Assembly: GCF_011386835.1 (NCBI RefSeq)
Contig: NC_088795.1
Location: 114,328,001 to 114,392,000, forward strand
Direction of reading: 5' to 3'
DNA: 64,000 bases
Source of the DNA: Chrysemys picta bellii
Taxonomy: Eukaryota
Shown: positions 39,676-50,356 of the stretch, piece after piece
Position numbering within the stretch: the first letter of the stretch is position 1
How the letters are laid out: the number at the start of each line of letters is the position of its first letter
Notes under the pieces: generated by a model
What the model was told of the DNA's origin: nothing
The model's input: only the letters and a program-made list of their open reading frames with translations
Databases searched by the model: none
Program-made: the position numbers and the translations under genes

Positions 39676-40026
39676 TCATGCAGTAGAGGCTCATGTACTA
39701 CGCTCCAGAGGTCCTAGGTTTGATCCTGCCCGCTGACAACCGGGGTCTCTCGGTGTTACAAGTCGGGGCTCGTCCGGGATTTGAACTGGGAAGTATCTGA
39801 AGCTTGGGATGCGCTAGGGGAAGTATGTAACCCACCCACCTCTCCTGAATGTGGTGTTTTGTTCCATCTAGTGGCACCGAAATCACTTAGAGAAAGAGAT
39901 CAATGAGTCTGCTCTACAGCCTTGGCTAATAGCCATGCGGCTTTTAGCTCATACAGTAGAGGCTCATGCACTAGGCTCCATAGGTCCCAGGTTAGATCCC
40001 GACAACCAGGGTCTGATGGTGTTAGA
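39676..40026 (+). mobile_element. Miniature LTR retroelement (TRIM-like): partial 5' LTR, PBS(tRNA-Pro), about 65 bp internal, PPT-like tract, full 3' LTR
   Basis: 39676-39760 repeats 39949-40026; 5' LTR ends gttaca; PBS tcggggctcgtccgggatttgaac at 39763-39786; aggggaagta precedes tgtaac at 39826. Confidence 0.75.
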
Positions 40027-40531
40027 CCAGTGTGGAGACACAGGACCTCTGTGTGAATGGCTTTTTGTCTCTGGCAATTCCCCAACATTCATGTGGCATA
40101 GGGGTTACTTCCATATGTGAATTTCTGTGTGTGCTTATAGGGAAGGGCAGCAGATCCCAGATCCCTTGAAGAAAAGGTCGAATGAAACCTTGCATGAAGA
40201 ACCTTATTGAGTTTTCATATGCCCCTGCCCTGGAGGCTTCACTGGGAGAAGGTACAGTTCTGCCCCTCCAATTGGCTGAACAGCTGACCATGCGACTTAG
40301 AAAATGTATAAAATTTGGCAGATAACATTTCTTCCAAAATAAAAAATTTGCACTTGGATCAAGTCATGTCAGGTTATGAGCTAAAACCTTATGTTCTAGT
40401 CACATATGATGGTGTGACGTGCTGCATCAGTGTCAGAAGTCTACACAAAGAGACCTACATCCCCAAAAGTTTGAGGAGATCCTTTATTGCTCTATCTCTG
40501 ACCTGTTTTAGTTTTGTTCTTGCCATTTTAG

Positions 40532-40557
40532 CTTTCTGCAGTTCGACAGTAGATTAG
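40532..40557 (+). CDS. Putative micro-exon G (26 nt, phase 2-1; FLQFDSRL)
   Basis: Acceptor ttttgttcttgccattttag; strong donor TAG|gtgagc; only phase 2 is stop-free, matching the phase-0 reading of exon F. Confidence 0.4.
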
Positions 40558-40860
40558 GTGAGCCGCATTGGATTATATTTTCATAAATGAAACATGGTGC
40601 CTGGCAGTGTTGGTCATGCAGAGTGAATTTGCTCTCATTTTGTTTTGTTATCTTGTATGTGCTGACCCTGTATTTTTTCCTCTCGGCACGAATAACACTT
40701 ACAATGGCGCACTCAGAGTTGGTATAGTTAATGGGTATTTTTACATTTCACTGACAATTCTCAGGGTTTTATAAATCAACTTTAAACATTTCAGTTTGGC
40801 CTGTGTTTTCTGTATATGAGTATTAGAGCACTTATTTAAAGTATAAAACACCCATATATA

Positions 40861-40950
40861 GGATCATAGAAGTTAAGAGATGGAAAAAACCTATTAGGTC
40901 ATGTAGTCCATTCTTCTGCCAATGCAGGATTGTTTGTTCCCTCTTGTACA
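40861..40950 (-). mobile_element. CR1 3' tail fragment
   Basis: atcatagaagttaagagatggaaaaaacctattaggtcatgtagtcc. Confidence 0.55.
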
Positions 40951-43316
40951 TTTTCAATACTGGTGTTAGTATTATGTCCCAAGTGTGAAATTCCAAAGGT
41001 TTTCATATTATTCAGTTTAAATGTTTCCTTTAATGCTAGTGACACCCCTACCTATACACACCTAAATTCCTTTTCTTCTTCTTGGTGTTTAAGCTCAAGT
41101 TATAAATACACTTTTATGTTGCCCATGACATTATTTAGTACATATGACATATGTAATACACGTAATCTTTCCTTGTAAGTCAGTCAAAAATATTTCAATT
41201 TTGTGGAGATATTTTTCTGTTTTTTCCCCCATCAGCATATGAGGACAGAATGTGAGCTTGGGTATGTTAGCCTTAACTGTGATTTACTTTAGGGGAGTTA
41301 ATGATATGTAAATAGTATTTTCTTGCTTACCTAATCTCTTGTCTTCTTGTTCTTGTCAATTTTTTTATGAGTCCAATTAAAGTAAAATTTTAATCTATTC
41401 TGAAACCTGAAGTTTCAATAAAGAGTCAGTCGGATAGCAGCAATCAAAAAGGTTCTGTATCTGGTTGTATTGTTCTCTGTTGTTCGTTGTGCTTTCCACT
41501 TTGGTATCAGCTGATAAGCACAGTTCAGGGAACAAAAAAAGCTTTGTTGATTGTCAGTGGATGCAACAAAAATTGATTGTGTTCTGATGGTATTTTAACA
41601 TGGGGAATTTTAAAAATATGCAAAATGATCTATTAGTATTTGGGTATTTTCTGTATTGGGTTAAAAATATTGAAAGGAAGAAAAGGCAGCATGACCCCAG
41701 TGTTTTTATGCATGAGCTACAGAACAAACCAGACAGAAATTTCTCTGTCTGACCCATCCAATGGATCTCATGATGGCCTAATTCTTGTCCATGCCCTGTT
41801 ATTAAAGATGAAAATGGGTCTGACTTATAACTTATATAATTTGGGGTCCTTTAAGAATATCATTTGCAATAAATATTTCTCTGGTATATTTGGCAGATAG
41901 CGGGGCTAAATTATATATTAGGAGTCCAGCAAAGGGACTTATCTGACCCGAAGACATCAAAGGCCTGCTGCAAACAATGGAGGTGTTAAAGCTCTTCAGA
42001 AAAGGTTACAAGACTTATTATAATTGGAAGTCTAAATGTAGGAGTTATTGTTGCTCCCCATAGGACTAATATTCATATTACAGAAGCATGTGGAGGAGAA
42101 AAATACGATCAGTGCCCCATTGTGTTAGGTGCTCTGTATAAGCCCCAATCTCTCAGTGTAGCTCTGCATGGTTTGCCCACATAGACTCAGTGGATCCAGA
42201 GAATGACACATTCAGATTCACTTTGCACTTTGACAATATTTAGAACGGAACTATCAAAGATCTGCTGAATGAAAAATCTTGGGATCAGATGAGATTTTAT
42301 TAGCTGCTTGAATATAAAGGTTAGATATGACACTTAAGTTTTCTAGAGACAGCAGCTTTCTCAAAACAGCACTCTACATTTTAATCTTGTTTTTTAAAAC
42401 AATGCTGGTATAAAAGAAATATTTATTAACTTTGTAATGGGATTAAAGAGAATTGGAAGAGTGTGATCATTAACCCAAGGGATAAACGTTATATATCCAG
42501 CCAGCATTATCCAAGCCATCATTCATTTGGAAAACCAATTTAAGTTAAGCCTTTTTTAATTGCTTCTCTGTGTACATTAACTCAAATCAAGGAAGGGGCA
42601 GAAGCATTTATTTTCACTCTGCCAGATTTTTGTTGTGAATCTCTAATTTTTTATAAATATAATGGACTTGAACAGATATGTCAGCCTCCCTATCTAAATG
42701 GCCTTGTCTGCTCTAGGAAAATAAGTACCTGTATTGCAGCAACAACCATCAGGGATGTAATAGGATTGTTAGACAGGATTCAGGAATTTTTAACACCGTG
42801 TCACAAAGAGATTAGTAGTAAAAGTGCCTGTGTTCTGTTTATACTGTTGGCTTAGCACAGTGCAGCTGCACCATTGCTGCAGTACGGGGATGAATTTTTC
42901 TAGCGTAGCTACTCACAATGTGAAAGTCCTTGACTGCTCACCCAAGTGAGGAAAATTCACGTGACTAAAGCTTTGTGGGGTTAAGCTTTAGGTTGATAGA
43001 TACTGGCACTTTTTTAAAGCTTTCAACTAAAAGCAAAGCCATCAAATGGGAGTTTTTGTCTCTCTCCCCCACCCCCATTTTTTTCATCAGCCTGACAATC
43101 TGACAGCAGAGGCCACCCCGGTCCCAGCAATCATGGTGGTTCTTCAACTGCATGCTGTTTGGATAGCTTTGAGTCTGATTGGGTGCATTTTAACATTTTT
43201 ATAATAAGACTTGCCTCCTACGATGACAAGAGCTAAAAAAAAGACTAAATAGGAAGCATTATTGTAATCATCATTAGTAGCATGGCAGGATCCACCAGAG
43301 ATCAGGGCCCCATTGT

Positions 43317-43476
43317 CAGGTCTGTCAGGTCTGTGGACAGCAATTCCGGGCCCCGGGGCAGAACAGTCAATGGGCCCCCAGGCACACACAAGCCGCTGTG
43401 CCAGGGCTCCCTGGGCCTTTTTAAGTCACTTGGGCACCTGGGCAATTGCCCTTTCCCCCCCCCATCGGTGGGCCTG
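43317..43476. mobile_element. hAT-type MITE inserted in a MIR/L2-tail SINE
   Basis: 8-bp TSD cccattgt / cctattgt; splits the host sequence cagggccccattgt|gctagg. Confidence 0.65.
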
Positions 43477-43549
43477 CCTATTGTGCTAGGCATTGTACAC
43501 ACACATACTGAGAGACATCCCCTTCCCTGAAGAGCTTACTATCTACAAT

Positions 43550-43864
43550 CAGTGGTGCCCAACCTTATTATATAGGAGGGCCACATAAACCTAAGCACAA
43601 CCTTGTGTGGGCCAAACAGATTCTAATAAGATTTAAAGTCACCTGTACTGATTTATATTTTAGGTTCAGCTCATTTCGTATGTATTTAGATAGATTTTCT
43701 ATGTACAGTGTCTATTTACACACTTGTGTAAACAAAAATGATGTAAATGACAACAAAACACTAATGAATCGGCTATTAGTATATTGTGTTGAAGCAGGCT
43801 GCGGGCATTATGAAATGCTCTGGTGGGCCATGTACAGCCCATGGGCTGTAGGTTGGGCACTCCA
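43550..43864. mobile_element. hAT-type MITE inserted in the same SINE
   Basis: TIR cagtggtgcccaacct / aggttgggcac; atctaca duplicated on both flanks; MIR-core sequence resumes at about 43890 (gaaacagaggcacagggaggtgaaatgac). Confidence 0.7.
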
Positions 43865-45136
43865 ATCTACATAGACATACTGAGAGTAGGGGAAACAGAG
43901 GCACAGGGAGGTGAAATGACTTTCCCAAGGCCACAGAGAGGTCAGTGGGCAGAGCCGGGAACAGAAACCTGAAAATTCAGAAGTCAAAAATAGAAAAATG
44001 AAACTTTTGGTTTCCAAAAACTGAAACAAAATGGCATTTTAAGTCAAAGGAAAGGAAATTCTTCAGTTTTCTTTGTGCTGAAAAATCCCTTGGAAAAACC
44101 AAAGCTTTTTGGCCAGGAAAGAATCGGGGTTTCCAACAAGGACTATCATGTTGTTTTATTGCATTGTGGTAAATAGCTGCTGCAATTATGTTTCACTCCA
44201 CATTTCAGTTATGGCTGAGCAATCTTGTATGTTTCACTTGTAAAGTGTTTTGGGATCCTTTCTTATGAACTGAACAATATAAGTATAGTGAATTATTATA
44301 ATATTTGAGTAGAGACTAGCTGAATATCAATGTGGCGCTTCAGACCCACCTCCTTCATAGTGCACATATTAGGCTTTGAGATCCAAAGTCATATTTTCAC
44401 AGATGCAATAACCTTTCTGCTTGTGGTAAAACTGGGAAAACCTCCCAGGTATTTAAATTAATTTTTTATGTGAGAAAAGAAACAGTAAAAAGCTAAATTT
44501 TACCAGTTCCTTTTAGGTGCAAAAGGTCCCAAAGACTTCTACATAAACTATTTTCCCTTTGTCAGCACATCAGAAGGTAAATGCTGAGTGCTAAATCTTG
44601 GAACTACTTGTATATGGAACTTTATGGAATGCCTGTCAGATGTTCTGATTCATTTTTAGGAGTCTGAAGTATCACAGCTATAAAAGATTTAAAAGTTCAG
44701 AACAGATCTAGCTACTCAACTCAAAGCACTGTATCCATTCCTTAACTGTTTACCTGCCCTTTACATGCCCTCTGTGCTCAAAACTGGAATTGGCATGTTA
44801 ACAATGAGCAATGCACCAGCATTATGCTAATGTTCTCCTTTATTCACCCCCATGCCATTCTGCAGAAGTTCTTTAACTTTCATGGTATGCTGTTCTTAAA
44901 GAATGCAAAGACATTAAAAATGAGGCAGAGGTGTCTGAAAGTTCCAAGGACCATCAAACAGATCGCCTCGCTCACACACACACACAGACCCATATTTACT
45001 AATGCAAAATATTCCTACTTAGGGTTGATGCAAATTTCTCAGAATCCTTTTAACCATTGTTTCTTTCCTTGCAACTTCATGACAGCCAGAGTAGCAGAAA
45101 TATGGACAGATAACCCTACTCTTGAAAGTGCTATTT

Positions 45137-45330
45137 CAGTAGTTCTCAACCTTTTTCATTTGCAGACCCTTAAAAAATTTCTACTGGAGGTGCAGACCCC
45201 TTTGGAAATCTATTGTCTATATACATAGTTGAATTCTGTTCAGTCAGTTTTCAGTCTAAGTGTTTTGCAGAACCCTTAGACCTATTCCCAGACCCCCAGG
45301 GCTCCGCAGACCATAGGTTGAGAATCACTG
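45137..45330. mobile_element. hAT-type MITE (194 bp)
   Basis: TIR cagtagttctcaacct / aggttgagaatcactg; perfect 8-bp TSD tgctattt. Confidence 0.9.
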
Positions 45331-46961
45331 TGCTATTTAAACGTGATGACAACAAGGCTATGAGCCAAGATTGTTTTGCTTTCATGGTGAAGACTTCTGT
45401 CCTGCATGCAAGACTGCAGGATATAAATTTGATCCCCTTACTCATCTTTAAAGCTGCTGTGGATTCTTCATAAGAAATAATGAAAGCCAGTTAGTGCTTG
45501 AAATTGGTTAAAAAAGACGCACACAAATCATTTGGAGGCCCCCTCAGCCCTGTACAAGGGCTGTCTTTTATTTAACGTGAAAGTTGCTATAATTTCTGGC
45601 AGTCACTCATGTGATGGTGAGTGCCTGCATATTTCTGTTCTGTATTTGCTTTGTGGGAGATGCTCTGGAATGTAAGCCTACCTAATGACAGCAGTCTTGT
45701 CAAGTTTACTTTTTAATAGCAGAGAAGTAATCTTGCTGCTTTCAATGGCAGCAACTCTCTAGGCAACTGCTGAATTCATAACAATACAGATGGTGCCTGC
45801 CATTTCTTTTTTCAGCACCACACTGCCCTACTAGTCTGACATGTGGAACTTGTTTTATACAATAATGCGGCAGCTGGAGACACTTTTCTGGGAGGTAAAA
45901 GCAGTTGTGCTTGCGTTTTTCTTGGCGGCATTGAATTTTATCCACCTGCAGGCAAGATTTATTTTTCCTTCCAAGGTGGCAGATCTCATGATGATGATCT
46001 GATTTGAGTTTTTTGGCATGGAGCCATTCCCTCTCTGACACATAAACTGGCATGGCTAAGCATCCTTCCTTTGCTAAACAGCAAAAAGTGCAGGCAGGCA
46101 CCCAAATAACTCTGTACAGACTGCAAAGAAGATATGTAAAGTGTTTAAATAGAAATATCACCCTTTGGATTGTCCCTCTGTCAATGATGTGGCTAATATT
46201 TAATTACATCAAATTAAACAAAAATGGTCCTAGCTACTAAAAGAAATAAACTAAACATAATGCTCCAGAGCAGAGTGCATTGCAGCCTTGTCTAATCTTT
46301 TCTGACAGTCTCTGATGTGCTGTTGACTGCAGCTGGAAAATAGACTGAAGCAAGAGGATCATGTGATTGAAGTTCAAAGTACAAGCATGAGATAATCATA
46401 GAGAAAACGGTAGTTTCTTAATCTCTTATACACAAGCCCACTGTCATTTCTTGATTTCTGGATGTCTCTGTATTGTGTTTGTCAATAGTTACCACAACAG
46501 TCTGATGATTTCATAAGCCAGCTTTTTATGTTTAACTTTCTATTTCTTGGAAGTTTTGGAGGCAGTCTGGCAGCAATGAATGGAATAAATAAAGAAAACA
46601 AAACATGACACAAAATAAAATTGCATAATAGAAACACCAGTCCCTCATTCGCAGCGATGTACATGTGTTTTCACTGGCTTACATATGATGATCATGGTCC
46701 AAGACAGGGCCAGATTTTGATCTCAATTGTACTGTATAAAGCCGGACTCACTCCTTTGTCTCTTTAGAAATACATTCCATAAAATCTGATATCAGTATCT
46801 CAGGCCAAGACCCTTAATGCATGGAGAGAATTTGAATTTTAGCACATCATAATAATGCTCCTTTGGAGCTCAGCATTCTGAACAGCGCTGAATTATGGGA
46901 TAAATTCCCCCCTGGGTATGGCTGTGGGTAGACCCTGGGAAGTGGCAGTGGGCCTCTAGAG

Positions 46962-47635
46962 CAGTCGTTCTCAATCTGTGGGCCGCTTGCAGTCCAATCA
47001 GCATGCAGCTATGCCCCATGTGACATCCTCAGGGCCATACAGGTAGTATACCTTATATACTCGTTCATAAGCTGAATATTTTTGGTAAAAAAGTGACGCA
47101 TAAAAGAGTGGGGGTCGACTTATAAATGGGTCTACACCAAAATGTGATGATTTTAAACTCTATGGATTCATTGAATTGAATATCTAATACATTGTCATTT
47201 TGTTTACCTGGAGCGTCTGCAGGCATGGAGCCCCTCAGCTCCCTGTGGCTGCGGTTTACCATTCCCAGCCAATGGGAGCTGCGGGAAGCGCCACTTCCCG
47301 CAGCTCCCATTGGCTGGGAATGGCGAACCGTGAGCACAGAGAGCTGAGGGGCTCCATGCCTGCAGATGCTCCAAGTAAGCAAAATGTCCCGACCCGCCAG
47401 CGGCTTACCCTGACGGGCCGGGAGCCAAAGTTTTCCAACCCCTGAAATATAGGGTCGGCTTATGAAAGAGTCATACAGTTTTTGCTATTTTTACCTATCC
47501 ATTTTGGGGGGTTGGCTTATAAATGAACAGGCTGATGAACGAGTATATCCGGTATATATTGTGTGGATGTGGCCCACATAATACATAGAGAGCTGCATGT
47601 GTGGCCAACAATGGTAAATAGGTTGAGACCCACTG
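46962..47635. mobile_element. hAT-type MITE containing a nested Tc1/mariner-superfamily MITE
   Basis: TIR cagtcgttctcaatct / aggttgagacccactg; perfect 8-bp TSD ctctagag. Confidence 0.88.
47051..47552. mobile_element. Tc2/pogo-like MITE with TA TSD and long central hairpin
   Basis: TIR ccttatatactcgttcat / atgaacgagtatatccgg; ta on both sides; central inverted repeat 47196-47386. Confidence 0.75.
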
Positions 47636-48002
47636 CTCTAGAGGACCCTTCCAGCAACTACCTTAACCCACATCTATAGCATTCCCTCCTGGAAAGATTA
47701 ATAACTTGTCAGATTTCAGCAATATGCGTCTTAACATAGATTTGCTATTAGGGTTCTTAAAAAATATGTTCACCAACAGTTGTTTTTGGTAAATCTGCAT
47801 ATTGCAAAAGCCTGTTACTGAACTGTAAATATGAGTAGACTTAAAGTCTGCAGGAAAGAAGGAGTGGGTGGTCATATCGGGCTGAAACTGCTGGATCAGA
47901 TAATTCTCTTTGTTTTTGTTGCCTAAATAAAACAAATCAGACACAAAGATCTTTTTTATCTAGTCAGATTCAGACCCTGAAATGGATTCCAAGTCCTGTT
48001 CA

Positions 48003-48258
48003 CAGGGCCGGCTCCAGCTTTTTTGCGTCCTAAGCAGCGAAGAAAAAAAAAAAAGATAAAGCTGTGATCGGTGGGACTTCGGCGGCAACTCTACCGCGCT
48101 GCTTCATTGTTCGGCGGCAATTTGGCGGCCGGTCCTTCCCTCCGAGAGGGACTGAGGGACCCGCCGCCGAATTGCCACCGAAGTCCCAGACATGCCGCCC
48201 CTTTCCATTGGCCACCCCAAACACCTGCTTCCTGCACTGGTGCCTGGAGCCGGCCCTG
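48003..48258. mobile_element. hAT-type GC-rich MITE (256 bp)
   Basis: Perfect TIR cagggccggctccag / ctggagccggccctg; perfect 8-bp TSD cctgttca; many CpGs retained. Confidence 0.92.
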
Positions 48259-48600
48259 CCTGTTCACCTCTCAGATCAAAAGGTTATACTTTTATCCATA
48301 TAAAGTGAACCAGGTCAGCAAAATATGGCATTTTATTAGTTCTGTGTGAAACCCCAGTGTGGTGGTTGCTTGTATATGATAGCATTTGAAAAGGAGCAGG
48401 AGGTAAAAGAGAACATTTCTTTGCCTTGTCACATGCTCTGTCTTAACCTAAGCCACATGATCATTGTATCACTACTCACTGCCACCGGGAGACTTTGGTG
48501 GGAGTTGAGCAGAAATCAGAAATAATCGGTAAGGCAGATTTCCAAAAAGACCTGAACATTGCTTATTTGTCCCCTTCCTGTACTGCTTTCAAAATGACAG

Positions 48601-48790
48601 GTTTCAGAGTAGCAGCCGTGTTAGTCTGTATCCACAAAAAGAACAGGAGTACTTGTGGCACTAACAAATTTATTAGAGCATAAGCTTTCGTGGGCTACAG
48701 CCCACTTCTTCGGATGCATATAGAGTGGAACATATATTGAGGAGATATATATACACACATACAGAGAGCATGAACAAGTGGGAGTTGGGA
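48601..48790 (-). mobile_element. Penelope pLTR fragment
   Basis: gtttcagagtagcagccgtgttagtctg...gtacttgtggcac resembles the reverse complement of the Penelope 3' end at 15270-15344. Confidence 0.8.
48678..48717 (-). ncRNA. Minimal type I hammerhead ribozyme motif (CCGAAGA core variant)
   Basis: Minus strand GCAU CCGAAGA A GUGGG-CUGUAG-CCCAC GAAA GCUUA/UGC; 5-bp stem II; palindromic AAGCUU stem III; activity untested. Confidence 0.65.
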
Positions 48791-48967
48791 GGCCAATTAA
48801 GTAAGAGAAAAAATGAACAAGTTTATAGATTTACAAATTAGGGTAAAATGTTGTTTTCACCTAGCATGTCACAATTGGACAGGCACGTTACAGGATTGTT
48901 GTTTTTTATCTTTCTCTGCAGCATCAGGCATTGGCCGCTGTCAGAGAAGGGTCACTAAGACTTGATG

Positions 48968-49140
48968 TCAAGTATCAGAGGGGTAGCCGTGTTAGTCTGA
49001 ATCTGTAAAAAGCAACAGAGGGTCCTGTGGCACCTTTAAGACTAACAGAAGTATTGGGAGCATAAGCTTTCGTGGGTAAGAACCTCACTTCTTCAGATAC
49101 TTCTGTTAGTCTTAAAGGTGCCACAGGACCCTCTGTTGCT
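48968..49140 (-). mobile_element. Penelope-derived fold-back mini-element with 12-bp flanking duplication
   Basis: Perfect 44-bp inverted repeat 49011-49054 / 49097-49140; taagacttgatg at 48956-48967 and 49141-49152. Confidence 0.85.
49060..49100 (-). ncRNA. Minimal type I hammerhead ribozyme motif, canonical core
   Basis: Minus strand GUAU CUGAAGA A GUGAGGU-UCUU-ACCCAC GAAA GCUUA/UGC; stem II has a 1-nt bulge; activity untested. Confidence 0.65.
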
Positions 49141-49190
49141 TAAGACTTGATGGACTATTGGAGTGATATGGGATTGTAAAACTGCTTCTT

Positions 49191-49215
49191 CCTCTTTTTT
49201 TTTTTTTTTTTTTTT
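49191..49215. repeat. Poly(T) tract
   Basis: Seen directly. Confidence 0.9.
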
Positions 49216-50356
49216 GAAAAGGAGGAGAATTATGGGGGTGACTGAGAGAGAAGCAACTGAAGAATTCCTGTGAAACTAAAAGGGCAAAAGAACAGCAGAG
49301 AAACAGTAGAAAAAATTAAAATGCAGGGAGCAGACAAGAAACCCTCTTCTATCCCTGTATTTCCTGTGTAAGAGGAAGAGAAAGCAATATACTAGGGGCA
49401 GGGTCATGTATGTTGAATCAGAATAAGCTTTATTTTTATACTGCGGGCTCATTTTTAGCACCCTTACTTTGTGTGGTACCTTATTCCAGAAATAGTTCTA
49501 TCAATTTCAATAGGGCTACTTGTAGAGTAAGGTACTACTCAGTGGGAGAAAAGGCGGCAAGAACTAGGCAAAAGAACAGAATAGGCAAAAGCAAAAATAA
49601 GGCCTCCATAGGAGATTATGGTGTGTGTGTGTATGCGCGCGCGTGCGTGCATACAAAATGGCAGTTGCCTCTGCACTTATAGGAGCAGTATGCAAGAAAT
49701 AGGTTTAACATTGATACAAGCTATTTTACTGTGAGCAGAAATGGGAATAGTCATATTTGAGACCTATAAGTAAAAGTTTCAGCCAAATTTTGAAGCCTTT
49801 ATTTCACATTTTTACCATGCTCACAAACTGATAAGATTGAAGGGATACAGACCTTAGTGAAGCTGAACTACAGATCCAATGGAATTGTAACAAGCAAAGT
49901 CAGAGTGTTGCTTAAATCGAGAGACATCATTTGCTGTCAGGGAATATAGGAAGGAGCATCTACCTCTGCTACTAATAGATTATAGTCATTTGTATAAGAA
50001 ATGTGATTGGTGGGACAAAAGGCACTAATTTCTGTAGTTTAAAACTACTGATGTGATTAGGTTAACGTTCATCTATCAATGGTCAAATGTCCTTTTTTTA
50101 AACTTTAGATTCTCTCAAAATCTTGGTCATTAGTTTCAAAATCCCTTAGCATTGGATTGAACAATGGTCAACATTCTGTTACTATTGCAAGATATGTTTA
50201 AAGCTTGCTATTCTTTTGATTCTTTAATTTGTGTTTGTTGTCTTTTAACTTTTTAAAATCCTTTAACTTAGATTCTTATCTCTCAGTGCAGTTTAGTCCT
50301 GTAATTGTGTGACTGCAGGTTAACTATCCAGCAGGTGGATGCCATGGTTTATCTTA

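Noticed and set aside
44866-44884. Candidate micro-exon KFFNFH (ctgcag...CATG|gtatgc)
   Set aside because: Good splice sites, but its phase does not follow exon G and nothing else links it to the chain
45826-45904. Exon-like segment with good acceptor and donor
   Set aside because: Stops in all three frames; a pseudogene reading with single stops (also at 26477 and 41511) is what random AG-GT pairs would give
47065-47445. Near-identical ORFs on opposite strands
   Set aside because: Artefact of the long palindrome inside the MITE
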